A stretch of DNA of 64,000 nucleotides from Daphnia carinata (lineage: Eukaryota). Position numbers and translations under genes: made by a program. How positions within the stretch are numbered: the first letter of the stretch is position 1; each line of letters opens with the position of its first letter. Location: contig NC_081333.1 of NCBI RefSeq assembly GCF_022539665.2, positions 7,006,001-7,070,000 of the forward strand, given 5' to 3'. The notes below the pieces were generated by a model. That model saw only the letters and a program-made list of their open reading frames with translations. It did no database searches and was not told the origin of the DNA. Positions 23,901-37,600 of the stretch are shown piece after piece.

Positions 23901-26900
23901 TGACGTTGGTAGAAAAGTCTATGGATCAAAACGATAGCTAGGCTAAATCTTATATAGAGGCCTATATCTTTTCCAATTCAAACAAAATAATACCTTAGTT
24001 TATTATTATTTCAAAAATAGGTCTACGTCATAGTCTCTAGTGTTTTAAAACAAGAAGAACGTAAACTGAGTGGAAGCAATGGGGAACGAGTGAACACACT
24101 TCAACTGTCAAGTGTCGTTTACACACTCTTGCGTGATGATCGCTACTTGGTGTGTGTGTGTGTGTGTGTCTAAAGAGCAACACACCAGTTTGCCGAAACA
24201 ACCGACTTGTCTTTCTGTGGCCAGTTTTCTCAGTAACTCGTGATATTGGACCCTCGACGATGACACTCTTGTGATGATGCAGCAGCGTGAAAATGCGTTG
24301 CGCCTCCCACCACTGCCGTGTTTATAGACGTCCGCGTCTCTTCTTCTTTCACATTTAGACGCTTTTTTATAACTTGTGTCTCGAATGTTTTTTTTTTGTT
24401 TTTGTTTTATAGGGACGAAACAAAACGGTCTGTTTAAGTTTCCTTTTTGCTTCGTTTATTAGACATTGTCGACACGGCCAGCGTGAGACTATCACGCAGG
24501 GCCATTATCATCCCCACAAGAAGGCAGAAATGGAGTAGCCTCGGGAATGGACGTGATAATGGCAGCACGACACTTGTCAGCATTATAACTCGGCAGTTGA
24601 GTCTCTCCGTGTCGATATCATCTTCTTATAATTGCCCCCCTTTTTTTTTAGTCAGAATTTTTTAAATATTGTCAATAACTATGTATAGCGTGAGTCGTAT
24701 ATTTGGGAAACTTTTCTCAACGAGATAGAAGGATGGATGTTTCAGCTTAGCCAATTATAGAAGTATATCTTTTTAACGATTAAATACACGCTACATTGTT
24801 TATTATCGCAGACACAGCTAAGAGCAAGTGTAAAAGATAACAAAGAAGCCGCCCTATTTTATGAAACGGTCGTTACGGAACTCAAGACCAAAATGAGAAA
24901 AAACGTGACCGTTGCCGATTCCGGAGGTACGGCATTCCGACATCGGGAGCAAAGAGTTTTTTTGCAGGCAGAGTGAGAAAAAAAAAAGGTGTGACTTTTA
25001 AAGTAGGTAGGTAGGAAAAGTATGTAATAGCGGCGAAAGAAAATCGTGTTACAAGTTTTTGCGTGTTAGTTGTGGGATGGACAAAAGAATGAATTTTTAA
25101 AAAGATGGGTAGGGAAAGAATAACCAAACTTATCGCCAGTTTGATATTTTTTTACCAGCCCCCCAAGACATCTTTTTGTGCTACATGTGGAGCACATAGT
25201 GTTCAAATACTGAAGAAGGGAAAAACAAGGACGAATGTGCAGCCTCATAGTATAGGTGTACACTGTACAGTCAGTACATGGACAGAAGTTAGCCATCATG
25301 TGGGAAACAAATCGTGTTCATAAATCAAAATTGGAATCGGACAAATGTAGTCTGAATATGTGAAAAGGAAGTGCAAGGAACTTCTATAAAAGAAGAATAA
25401 GAAATGAGACAAGGACGGTTCAAATCAATTCTAATTTTATAGATCTCTTGAATGTTTCGTTGCTAATTATTAGGACGTTACTGCCTTCCTATTGAATTAT
25501 TTAACAAATATGTCTGACGGAGGAAACATGAATAGACAAATGACGGTAACTATAATTTACACATCCCGTATTTCCATCTGACTTTCATAAGTAAATAAAC
25601 ATTTTGCAAAGGCGTTCCTTCCGACATATATGCGCAGTTGGGCATCTGGTTTATACTCGTCGTTAAACAGAAGCATCTGCTAAACGAAATGAATATAAAG
25701 AAGACTCATTATATAGATTTATCGAAGTTGCAGAAAAAATCACGACAGTGAACGAAAGAGAAGAAAATCTATTTTGCCGAACCAAGTTCGCGTTTGTCAA
25801 GACAACGACTTTTGGGTTTACAGTGTATACGACAGCAAAGTTGGCTCTGTCGATATTCACGACTCAATCGTTTGGCTGTTACCTTCTCGCCGTGCATCCT
25901 TGAAACTTGAGATCGCCAGAATTTGAATTGCTGAATAACAACTCCTGCTTCTATTCTCAACATTTCTTTAATTCCATTCATAGTTGACCTGCTTCCACAT
26001 GGGTTTTTACAGCTCCCATGAATCACTCATTTGAAGCTTAAATCTCGGCTTAGGTCGCCACTATCGTCCAACCTCGAGTCATCCCCCGTGTCTCGTCTGC
26101 TGTAATGCACAAACAAAAAACTACACCACATAATAAGAAGCTAAAAAGAGATTAGCTAAGAAACTCGTGTACAGGCAAAGAATTTGTGACGTAGTTGCAT
26201 GTACAGTCTCTTATTTAATCTCAAACACACATCTGTGTAGAGACAGGCTTCGTTTTCATGGAGATTAGACTCATTACGATGGAATTAAGTCGAGCCACTT
26301 GAACACAAGATTTATAAGATAAAGGAAAAGCGACCGTGAAAAAGAAATAGAGACAACGGCATCTAATAGCAAGAACAATGATAACAACAAAGAAGTGGCT
26401 TGTTGTTGAGAGTCAGTGGACTGTTGCTCCATCACGGCTCATCGGCGACCATCCGCCAGCAATAAGTTATCGCTAACAAGCCTTTGCCCTTCTTTCTTTT
26501 TTATTGAGCTCCTTTGTAACGTTGCATGTAGAGCGTTGGCCTGTATTGATTCGATTGGCTGTCGCATGTCACGCTCGTTTCCCCAACACGCAACACTATA
26601 GCATCAGATTTACACAGCAGATAAAAACATATTCCATTCTTCCCAGCATCTACTACACACGCAATCTATACATAAATCGAAATATATTCAAATATTAGAT
26701 TTTTAAAATTGGATTCTGTGATAAAAATCTATCGATTGCCCCCTCATCAAGGTCCCCGTGTCTATCCACTTGACTTTTCCGACTGATTTAATCGGCCAAG
26801 ACAATCATTTATACATCCAAGAACAACGATATGACATCCCAATGTGTGTAGATAAGAGTGTCGTTGATGACAAAAGCTGCTGCTGACTGCTGTTGTCACC

Positions 26901-29900
26901 AGAAACTCAAGTGATGACGTTTGCCATCATGATCTTACCTATAACTACGATCTATTCCAATAAGTTTCTTACGCGCAAGGCCAGCGCTTAAAGAGAATAT
27001 CGTATGGGTTTGCTGTGTTGAATGACTAAGTCAATTATCGCCCTCTCTACGTACACTGGTGCTGGTGCAAAGGACACACGACGACTCGAAAGCCACAGCG
27101 TCTACCACATCTATTGTACATTCTGCTCCTTTATAGAGTATAGATGTATAGCGCCGTGTGTGGCGTGTGTGTCTTTGTTGAACAATCGAGTTAGAGGTTA
27201 GAAGGCGCCAGCTAGCAGATATATATTCTACATACACAGAGCTCTATCTGGAACTGTTGGTTCAGCGTCCGCAACGTTCCAAGAGAGAAAAAAACCTTTA
27301 CCGCGATTTATTATTCAGCATCAAATATGAAAGAACTCGAAGAAAAAGAGCGAGCAATCCAGAATACAGCGTGCAGCTCGTCTATATAAGAAAAGTAAAC
27401 ACGGGTATAGATGCGTAGCGATTCAGTGCATCGCGAGAAATAGTTTTGTCTTTTTTATTGTTTTATTTTTCTTTTCACGCGAGTCACGAGTGAATTGGTT
27501 TTATTCTCGTCTTTTTTAACTGACCTAAGCGGTTAGGCCAGCTGAGCTTGACTCGAGTGCGCAGTGCATGCGTCTATCCGTATTGAATTGTATGTATGAT
27601 GTGAACGTAACCATCGAATTCATTGTGGAAAGTTTATACTAACCGCGGGCATACACCCATTCGAAAGTGCAAATACCTTGGCCTCTAGTTGAAGTTGTGT
27701 AAAGATAAAACTCTTTTGCAGAAAGCTCTGCAATTTTATTTTTTATTTTTTGTGTTTTATATTCAACGTCCTTTGCATTTGTGGTGCGTTTATTTTGTAT
27801 TGAATTGATATAACGCAATGTCCACGATTCATTATAAACTAGGTACGTTTTAGTAGTGGATATTAATTGAGACATAATTTGTGTGTGTACAGATGGAGAA
27901 CCTGCTGCCATAGTGCGGTATCACGACCTTGCAAAGTTTCAGTGAAAATCGACAGCAGCTCGTTAAGCTACACGTCGCTTGTATCATCCGGTCCAACACC
28001 CAGTCTTGCTTGCTTCAATATTCTAACAAAAGAAAAGAAATTCAGACAATAGGTTGACGATCCTGATGTGCATTCCAATCAGTCGTCTTCATCTATCCAA
28101 ACTTATATACGTTTTTTTGTTTTGTTTTGTTTTGCTTTGTATTCTCAATTTTTTTACCTATTTCTCTTTCCCCCTTTCCTATGTAAGCATCTGCACATAC
28201 ACCCACATTATATAAGAGTTTATTCACGTAACGGGGTACGCAGCAATTCCTCTGAAAGCCAAGGAAAAGGAGGGTTGGGCTTTCGCATAGTACTTTGTCT
28301 TTCTTTTCACTCCATCATTGTTGTTCCATTCATCCCTGTGTTGTTGGTTTTCATCTTTCTCGCGAATCGTTATTGTCCATATGAACAACTGAGATGATGT
28401 GGGAGGTAGAGAAGGGAAGGGTTTAGACAGTTGCAAATCGGGAGAGAAAAATAATGCACGATACCTAACAAGCAGATACTATACTATAAAATAAACAACG
28501 ATCCATTTTTTTTCTTCTTCTCGTTTTTTCATCTCCAACAGCGGATGGACATGTGAATACACGCAACGTGACTTGTTAGTTGACAGCCAAGAGCGAATTT
28601 TGTTTTTCTTGATGCTTACCCCAACAATCCTTCTTGTGTTTTGACTTTTCTATGTATACAGGATATATATATGTAAAAAATAACTCTTGTTTTCAAGTTC
28701 CACTCTTGCTGTTTGATCCGTCAGACTGCAACTTCGATCGATCTTTGCCCCGCGGAGGATTGAAAAGCGTGAAAATGGGACAGTCTTGCAGATAGAAATC
28801 CTCAACGTTACTGGACTCGAACGTTTCTTTTTTTAAGATGCTGTGGTATTTGAATCAAAGATTTCTCAGCTAATACTTCCTTTTGATGTTTCACGGAAAT
28901 CGCGCCTTCAATTTCAGCTGTTGGCCATCGGCTATTACAATTCTGTGACAACCGGCCAACTACTTTTAACCGGCATCGTAGAATTTGTGTAAAGACCAAG
29001 TTCTTACACACTCTAGTCCATTTTTACTCTTGTCGGATTATTTTTCTTCCCCTTCTCCAACAATCGCCTCAAAAACACACACAAAAACTTTTTTATTTTG
29101 TGGCTTGGTGATCGTTGGACCGAGAGACTGTTCCACAACATCGCGAGAGAGTTACGGTCCTTCATTGCAGCTTCGAACGCAGTCGTAGCGACAGTCTGCG
29201 GCCTACCGTATCAAAACAGAAGAACAATATCCCGATATATAAAAGTTCTACTTATGATGATAACGTTTGAAGCCAGTGCACATTTTCCCGAAAGATCGAG
29301 CTGCCTCAGCTCTATTACCTTATAAATAATTATTTTACTTTGTGTCATATCGTGGCATACTGACGTGTGACAGACGTTGGCCTTCTGTTAGCTCATAACT
29401 GATTTACATTGAGATCGCATAGTCGACCGATTGATTAATTGACATCCAAAACTATTTGGCGCGCGTCAGAACGGCAGATGATAGCTCATCTATCCATTTT
29501 TTCTATTGAGTTTGCAATAATAGTCTTCGATGCCACTACTTAGTTCTTTGTTCTCGTGACGTGTATACGTCTCGACAGAGAACTTTTCTTTTCTCTTTTG
29601 CCCACAAGTTGGTGAGTTCCACGTTCTAGCGCAATACACGCAACAACGAAGAAACTAGGCGACGAGTTTTGGGTACGTAGTATTTAACAGTGGCGCTGAT
29701 GCTGTGATCGAGGAGATGTTTTATTGAATGCTGGAGGGGAGTATATATAGCATAGCAAAGCGTATAAGGATTTACAATTCATTTCTCATGGCTGCAAAGG
29801 GAGAATCAAGAGAGTGCAGATGGAAGCATATGGGTTTGGGCGATTGAATAATCCAACAACCGACGCCAAAAGGGGACAACTTTATTTGGTCATGGCATCC

Positions 29901-32900
29901 AGCACATCCTGCACTTGAAAGTGGTCAACTCAATATCCAAGTCCGGTACATACCCATGGCGGAGAAATCGACACACGCACGGACTCCCACACACAGTCAA
30001 GCCACAAGTCTGGTCCATGGTATAATCGACCAATAAATAGAGCGTGAATGTTTTGTTATATCAAAAGTCCAGCCTCTTTAGAGACGAATTCACACATGTG
30101 GTGGTAGCTAAAGAAAAAAAAAAGAATACTTTCAACGACACGATTTGCCACTCTAGGCCAGTGAGCAACAGTCTTTTACAAATGGACTCAAAGCTGGCCA
30201 ACACGGAATTTTTTTATAAGACAACGAAAGGCCTACATTCTAAGGGTAATAAAAGATTTGGTCCATTGCTGGCGAATGTACGCAATTTATCGACTGTTGG
30301 ACTCGATTAATATGTGGATAGTATGCGAACCTTGTGGTTTCATTCTCATTTTTCCTTTTCAAAAATATTTGCCGATTGGAAAAATAAATGAACTATGAAA
30401 AGATGAATTTCTTTTTCAGATTGATACTCGGCCGACCACTGAATACCTCTCTTTTTTGTCCTATTATACACATTAATAATATCAAAAGAAGAAAAAAAAA
30501 GGAGATCGGGATGTGGCATTCAAATGACGAGAAAAAAGGCTACATAGAAATCGAAAAAAAGGGGACTAGGAATGAAAATTTCGTTGAAAACTAAACTACA
30601 TTCCTATCATCCTACACCGGGTCGTTTTCATTTGCATTTTTTTCTCTATCCTATCCCTCAAAAAACGTCATTTTCTTTTCCCCTTCCAGTGACGTAGTTT
30701 AGAAAGAATTAGGACTGATTTACATGGTACATATAAACGACCAAAAGGCTTAGACGTTCGTCTTTTGTTTGTTTTTCTCATCACCCATTTACTTGTGAGC
30801 AAAAAAGGAGGGTTTGAAATTACAAGCTGTAAGAGAGATTAAGTATAGAGGCATGAAAAAAAGAAAAAAATCGTTCCTAGTGTTGTTGATATCGACATCT
30901 TTTGCTCTTTTACGTTTGTGCTACTGAGACCTGATGTAGGCAAACATTAGTTGTTATTGACCGAGCACGATTATGTACGCAGACTGTCGTCAAACAACAG
31001 GCGGAGTAAAGAGAACAGCCGATGGAAGAAGAAAAGGTGATATTCGATCCTCTGTCAACAAGAAAAGGGGGGGGGGGGCCAGAAGATAAAACAAATCCCC
31101 CCCCTCAATACTCAAACAGCAGTACACGATATATATATATTTAGTCAGACTTAATTGAGCGGATCTGTCTTCGCTCAGATAATGTTCTTTGTTTTATGGA
31201 AGAAGAGAAACCTCCGTTAAGTATCAACAAGCTTCCACGTCGGATTGGACCATGGTCCGTCCTGTGCTGTGACGAGACGTGGGCTGAAAATTTTGCCGAT
31301 TCCGGTCAATGAGGCTAGCAAACAGCCTAAACCAGCTGCTGTTTCAGTCTTCTACACATATATATTTAGTTGGTGAACTATAACAGTTTGCTTGCTATTA
31401 AATTGCTGTTGATGAACATCTCATTGAGTTTACCCAGAAACGAGAGGATATTACCAAGAATGACAGCCTCCCACTTCCTTTGGCTCATTCCGGCGGACTT
31501 TGCTGGTTCCACTGTTATATGCGTACTACACAGCTGTTGTGATGTAGAAGGCATCCTTTCCTTTTTTTAGTACCATTACATAAACACAACCAGTTATATC
31601 GCTTTTCACCACCTCCGTTTCACAGTTGATGAAGCTCCGTATATTAACTGTGTAGTCACAGAACTGTCTCATTGCGTCAGACAATGGCCTCCAGTAATTA
31701 ACAGGGTGCGACTTGTATAACTGCGCTGAAACAGGAAATAAAAACGACAATAAAAACTTGAATAGCAGGAGTAGTGCTAACAAAATTGTTAAATAGAATT
31801 GCCGAGTGATGAATTATTTTCTTTTCCCGTTATCTTTGTTAAACCTAAATTAGTCTAAAAGCGCAAGGAATTCAAATACAGGAATTACGAAAACATGCGG
31901 TGGAGTTAGGGGTTAGGCAAACCCAAAGGGAATGAGTTGAATTTAACTTTACATTCGTCATGTACGACGCACAGAGATTTAAAGAGAATACTTGCGCGTT
32001 TTAGGCTCAGAGGATGCCAAGAGAAATCGACCAGTGAATTACGAACTCTATAAGTACTAGAGCTGATTAACAACTTGAACAGACAATGAAATCAAGCACA
32101 TCGTGCACCCCCGAAGAAATATTCAGTTCTAGTAAATTTTCAATGACAATAGGTTACACCCAAGTGTGCTACTATCGCGTATTGGGCCAGCAGGCAGATT
32201 CGCCCCTCATGGCCGTTTATATTGTTCTCAATTTTATCGCCGGCTTCATCTCCATTTTCTTCCGCTTGTATTACGCATACAACATATTCCTCTGTAGCTT
32301 TTCATTATTTGCTAGAACCTCCCCCCCCCCCTTTCTTGTCTTTTCATCGCCAATTCGGCACGTCATTACTTTGCGTCCGCACGAACGCCACCATAAACAG
32401 CAAGTGAGACCAAGCCTTTTCAAGTGACACACACTTTTTCCCAACTAATCTTAAATCTTGTTTCACAAAAAACCCTTTTGGTGCTGCAACTTTATCGAAA
32501 GATGCTGGTCACACACACAGGGTTCTATATATATCGCATACTCATCTGTTTATTATGCAAATGATTTTATGGACCTTTTCATTTCTTCCTGCGTCGCCTT
32601 TCAACAATCACGGCGGCTGCTGTTCATTAACTGCTGTCGAAATAAATGCTCTGTAGGCTTCGTGAAGCTTCTTTTGTTTTGGGCTCAAAAAAACCCAGTG
32701 CTACTCTCAAACTCGTTTGTTCTCAGCCTTCGATTGCCTGGTTTCGTTGAATTATCCTGTACGACGTGTGATGAACTCTGTACAACTCTCGATCAAATGA
32801 TGTGCGGGGTGCAAAAGAAAAATAGGTTTCAACAACTTGAACCTAGGTACCGAGTGAACTTATTCTTCGTCACTAGGCAAGTACTGCATGATCAAACGAA

Positions 32901-34653
32901 TTGAGAAACTGCTTTTGATTGATGGGTTCTGCCAGCTCTTCACGTGAAATCGAGTTGAAAATTTTTTGAAAGTTGAGGCTGCGTGTGCCTTTGCCATCGT
33001 TTCTGGCTGCGCATTAAATCCGATTTAAAATTTCATTTTTGTTTTGTTTTTTTTTTGCAACGTTGCTTTACACAAGTTGGGGAGGATTCAATCGAAAAAG
33101 GCGGAGGAGATGATTATCGACTGTGGGAATACAAAGATATCTATCTATAACGCCAGCCTATATAGTAACACATCATCACCCTTAGGCCATAGATGACACG
33201 CGTCACATCCCTTTTGAATAAAAATGACAAAAGATAAAAAGCGGAAATAGAAATAGGAAAAGTCTGGTGAAAAGATAAAAAAAGGGGGCGGGTCGGAAAT
33301 GACGGCATTCGGAAGTGGGAATCATTCGAAGACCCTTGCGGAGTGTCGTCTTCGGGGTATTATATAGTGGTATATAATACTGAGGATGGGAAAATCGGGG
33401 GGCTCGATAGAGGGTCAAGTATGATTATTTATTATTATTCAAACGTCGCGCGCTGTTTTGTACAACTGTGCCATTCTCCAGATGTCAGAGGGAGATTGCA
33501 CGCGTGAAGACTCGGAAACGGAGGGGGGGGGGAAAGTGGGGCCAAAACGGCTAGAGCTGCTCTGCTTATTCTCATCGTTGTCGTGTGTCCTCCACTTCTC
33601 TCTATTGTCTCTATGCGTATTTTCATTCCATTGGCGTGGGCTCGGCCCACCTATTCTCTTTCTTCTTTTGTTTGAGCGCGTCCCCTTCCTATTCGTCTAC
33701 GAGCCGAGCGCGTGCTACGACAATAGACGTGGCCGAATTGTCCGTACCAAGAGCGGAGCGTGTCGATCACTTCGCCAGGGTGTCGCTGCGTTCGGCGGCG
33801 ACGAACGTCCAGAATTCAAAAGATTGCAAAGTCTTTTGAATTGTTCCGTACGAGTCAATCAACCTCATTCCAGTCGTACTCAGTGAAGAGAGAGTAGAAG
33901 AATTAACGCGTATGGACCATCAATGGCTATTACTGCCTCGAAAGCTTGGCTATTCGCATACAGCAGAGATCAATCGAGATCAGGCAAAACCGATGGCTTA
34001 ATAGGCGTTAATTGATTTGTGAAGATAACTGTCATTTAGTCGATCGTTAATCGTAAATCTCTTGTCACGGAACGAAGTCAAATTTGAAACGCAAGAAACG
34101 ATGCCACTGCGAAACTCTTGCAATAAGTATGTAGTTATATTATTGTTTCTTTTAATAAAAAATTTATCACTGCAAGTTGTTTCTAGTTACTATAAATGAC
34201 GTGCAGGTTGAGAGATTAGATACTCGTTTGAAAATGATGCTTCGTTTGTTGGCTGGCACGCCATCTGGAGGACGCCTGTCAAACCTGATGAACACATTTA
34301 GGCGCGCGACGGTTAGAAAAGTTTCGCCATAGTTCAGACGACGGATTAATTTGAAAATTCAAATCATTCGGTTAATGTGAGAGCTACCAGTAACAAGTCA
34401 TTCTACAGTTCTTAATGACTTCATCCATTTTATTCAAAATCAGCATTTTTTTACCTTAGAAGTATGTCCTATTTTCTAAGTTAGTATAAGGCATTAAAGT
34501 CTTGATTTTATTTCTTCATCGTTTATTAAGGTAATTTAGTGTATAAAAAATGTAAAGTGGCATCAGGGACACTAAGACATTCTATTCGTCGATTAACATT
34601 GAATCTGACAAAAAATGTCTTTTCTTACTTTTTCAGGTATTCTCGTTTTTTAA

Positions 34654-37600
34654 ATGGAGAATTCGGCAATGGCATCTGACCCAGGTATGTGAAATGTTTT
34701 CATCCGCAATATGTAACTTTACCGGGTGATGCTAGTTTATAAGTCATTTTTCAAATCATTTAATTTTAGCAATTGCTCTTCGATCATAGCCTCAACATCT
34801 ATTTTGTCCAGTTCTTTCTGGATGATAAGTGTGACAGGCTTTTCCATTGTTCTCAGGACAACACTTCTGAAACCATTGAGTAAAAAGTTGACAGCAAATT
34901 CAATGAGGTAGTCCACTGAGCCCGTACCAGTCGATTGGGCCTGTAAAGAGAACATCTGTTAGTCTTAACTTACGAAAAAGTTAGTTGTTACCTCACCTGA
35001 ATGTTTCCAAGGTTAACTTGCAAGACTTCCAACTTTGGTTTCTTTTGAACATTGACTGGTTGACTCAAACCCATTTTGACTTCGAGATGGTCAATCTGAA
35101 GACTTATTTTACCTTTCGGAGCAAAAACTTTAAAATCTAGCTGCCAATTGAAATGTCCTTTGAGGCGTTGGGTGGCTGCTTGGGCACCAACCACGAGGGA
35201 TCCATTCTCATAGTTGAACGTTACATCTCCAGTTCTAAACAGGCAAAATTGCTCTAATAACAGTACAACACTTCGTCGGGATTCAAGAAGTTTCCATACC
35301 TGTGTATAGTTGAAAGCCCATGCAAAGTTCCGTTGAAGATTTTAACAACCACTCCCGTTCCCAGCATATTAGTGTATTCTGGAATAGAAAACGGATCCAT
35401 CCCACCGTCTTGAATTTGTGTACGTCCTATAGCGATTGCCATGTCCAAAGGTGTCACAGAATCCGGTAGTATTTGATCAAGTTTTTTCATCTGGGCATTG
35501 ACTGTGGTCTGAACTTGATCGTTGATTTGGTTCAAAATAACGGGTTTGATGGAGTCGAAGATGAAAGTGCCAACCGAGTTGATGATTCCCTATAATAGTT
35601 TCAATTTAAATTATGCGTTTTCCCCTTCTTATTAATGTGCGCTGTATAAAAAAAAAAATAGCATGACTTAGTTTACCTGGAACAGGCTGCCGAAAAATCC
35701 CAAATTATCAAACTTCATAGTGATGTCTTTGAAGCCAACATCAAAGGTGATGTTGGTTGCTTGCATCAAACCTTCAGAGTCGACCACTAACCCTGCAAAT
35801 CCCTGGGCTTGGACGCTAATCAGAGTGACGTTAAAGTCACCGGACGAGGTACTAAACCAGGAACTCATGCGATAACGACCAACTACTTGGAGACTATCAA
35901 AAGTCATTCCAATCCATACCTATAGGGACAAAGGCGATTAATCTCCCAGAATATCTGAACGTAAATAAGTTTTCATCTTACTTTTAAATCTTGTAGGTCG
36001 GTTCTAACATAATTGATTCGAAATTGGGAAAGCTGATGGAGTTCAGCTTCAGAAAATTTGATTTTAGCCGCTGGAAATTCACCTTCGAAATCCGGAATGG
36101 GCATCGGGTCTGGGATGGGTGCTCCCGGTATGCCAAGTGGGTCATCTTGTTTGAAATGCTCCAACAACTGACGAATCCGTGCATCCAGAGCCAATTCTGT
36201 CTTGGTCCTTTAACAATCATCAAATGCGCATTTGGATTTGCTTCTGATACGCTTTATTTAAACTTGAGATTACTGATGTTTCACTTACACTTCGGGGAGG
36301 TCGGGAATCTCTGTCGGAGGTGCTATTCCTTGGGGAGCATCAGGTCCAATATCTTCCGGATCTCCTGGCTCGATTTCGGTAGCTATGGAAACAGAAATTC
36401 CAAATTCAACTGTGAATCAGACATAATTTTGACAAGCTTGATCACACTGACCCGAAGAGGCGCAGAGAAAAACTAGAAAGAAAAAATTCAGCCACTTCAT
36501 GATGCCCAACAAAGTTCAACTGACGATAGTCATCGGTCTGGACCGAAAAGAGTCTCGAGGGGTTTTATTTTTATCTACGTCGATGCGATGTTGACTTGAC
36601 AATTTCCAGATGTGCTCTAATGGCAGACCGGTGTTGAATTTCACGTTTCCCCGGAGGCTGTCCGCACAGTCAATCGCATCTGTGTCTTGTACGATAATTA
36701 TATCCTGTATTTTAACTGTTACTATTTTTTTTTCTTTTTTTAACAACTTTAGATGGAATTCGCGTTTCGGCCGACCAGATGGACGAGAAGCGACAGGAGA
36801 AGATCGCTTACGAATACCTTTGCCATTTAGAAGAAACGAAAACGTGGATTGAGATGTGCATTAGAGAACCATTACCGCAGTCTATTGAACTGGAAGAATC
36901 CTTGCGCAACGGCGTTTTTTTAGCCAAACTGGCCCATCGGTTTCAACCGCAGTCGGTACCACTGAAAAAAATCTATGACATAGACCAAACCCGCTACAGA
37001 GAGGCTGGTCTGACTTTCCGCCACACAGATAATATCAATCACTGGTTGAGTGCCATGTCCACTTTGGGATTGCCAGCCATTTTTCTACCTGAGACAACGG
37101 TTCATCAATTTCTTTTTATTGCATATATCATCTGTATGTACTAATTAGTTCTTTTTCCTTTAAAATAGGATCTCTATGACCGCAAAAATATGCCACGCGT
37201 CATTTACAGTATACACGCTCTTAGTCTTTACCTCTACCGACTGGGAAAAGCGCCACCAATGCCCAGCTTGTACGGAAAAGCTCAGTTCTCGGATGAAGCC
37301 GTCAAGTTGATGAGCTTGGAGCTGAAACGCTACGGTTTCCCTTTGCCTCAGTTTGGTAAAATTGGAGGTATTTTAGCTGGTGAGTTACCCGTCGACGCTG
37401 CGGAGCACCACGCTGCCATCATTGCCATTAACAAAGCGACAGAAGAGGGTCATTGCGATTTAATGATTCAAGCCATGGTACATCCAGCTGCCCAACTGCG
37501 TGACATAGACCCAAGTCTGGCTGATCTATACTTGCAGTCGCTTATTGATGCGCTGGATGAGAAAAAACAATCATCTCGTGAACGGAGCGTCAACAGCGAT

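Noticed and set aside
16187..33886. Dozens of 60-150 aa ORFs in DIP introns and upstream DNA
   Set aside because: Low-complexity F/L/K-rich translations of poly-T, poly-A and microsatellites, with no domain signatures.
36610..36852. Alternative IQGAP start from ORF 36610
   Set aside because: Wrong frame and no good donor. The exon at 34654-34684 fits the phase with a consensus donor.
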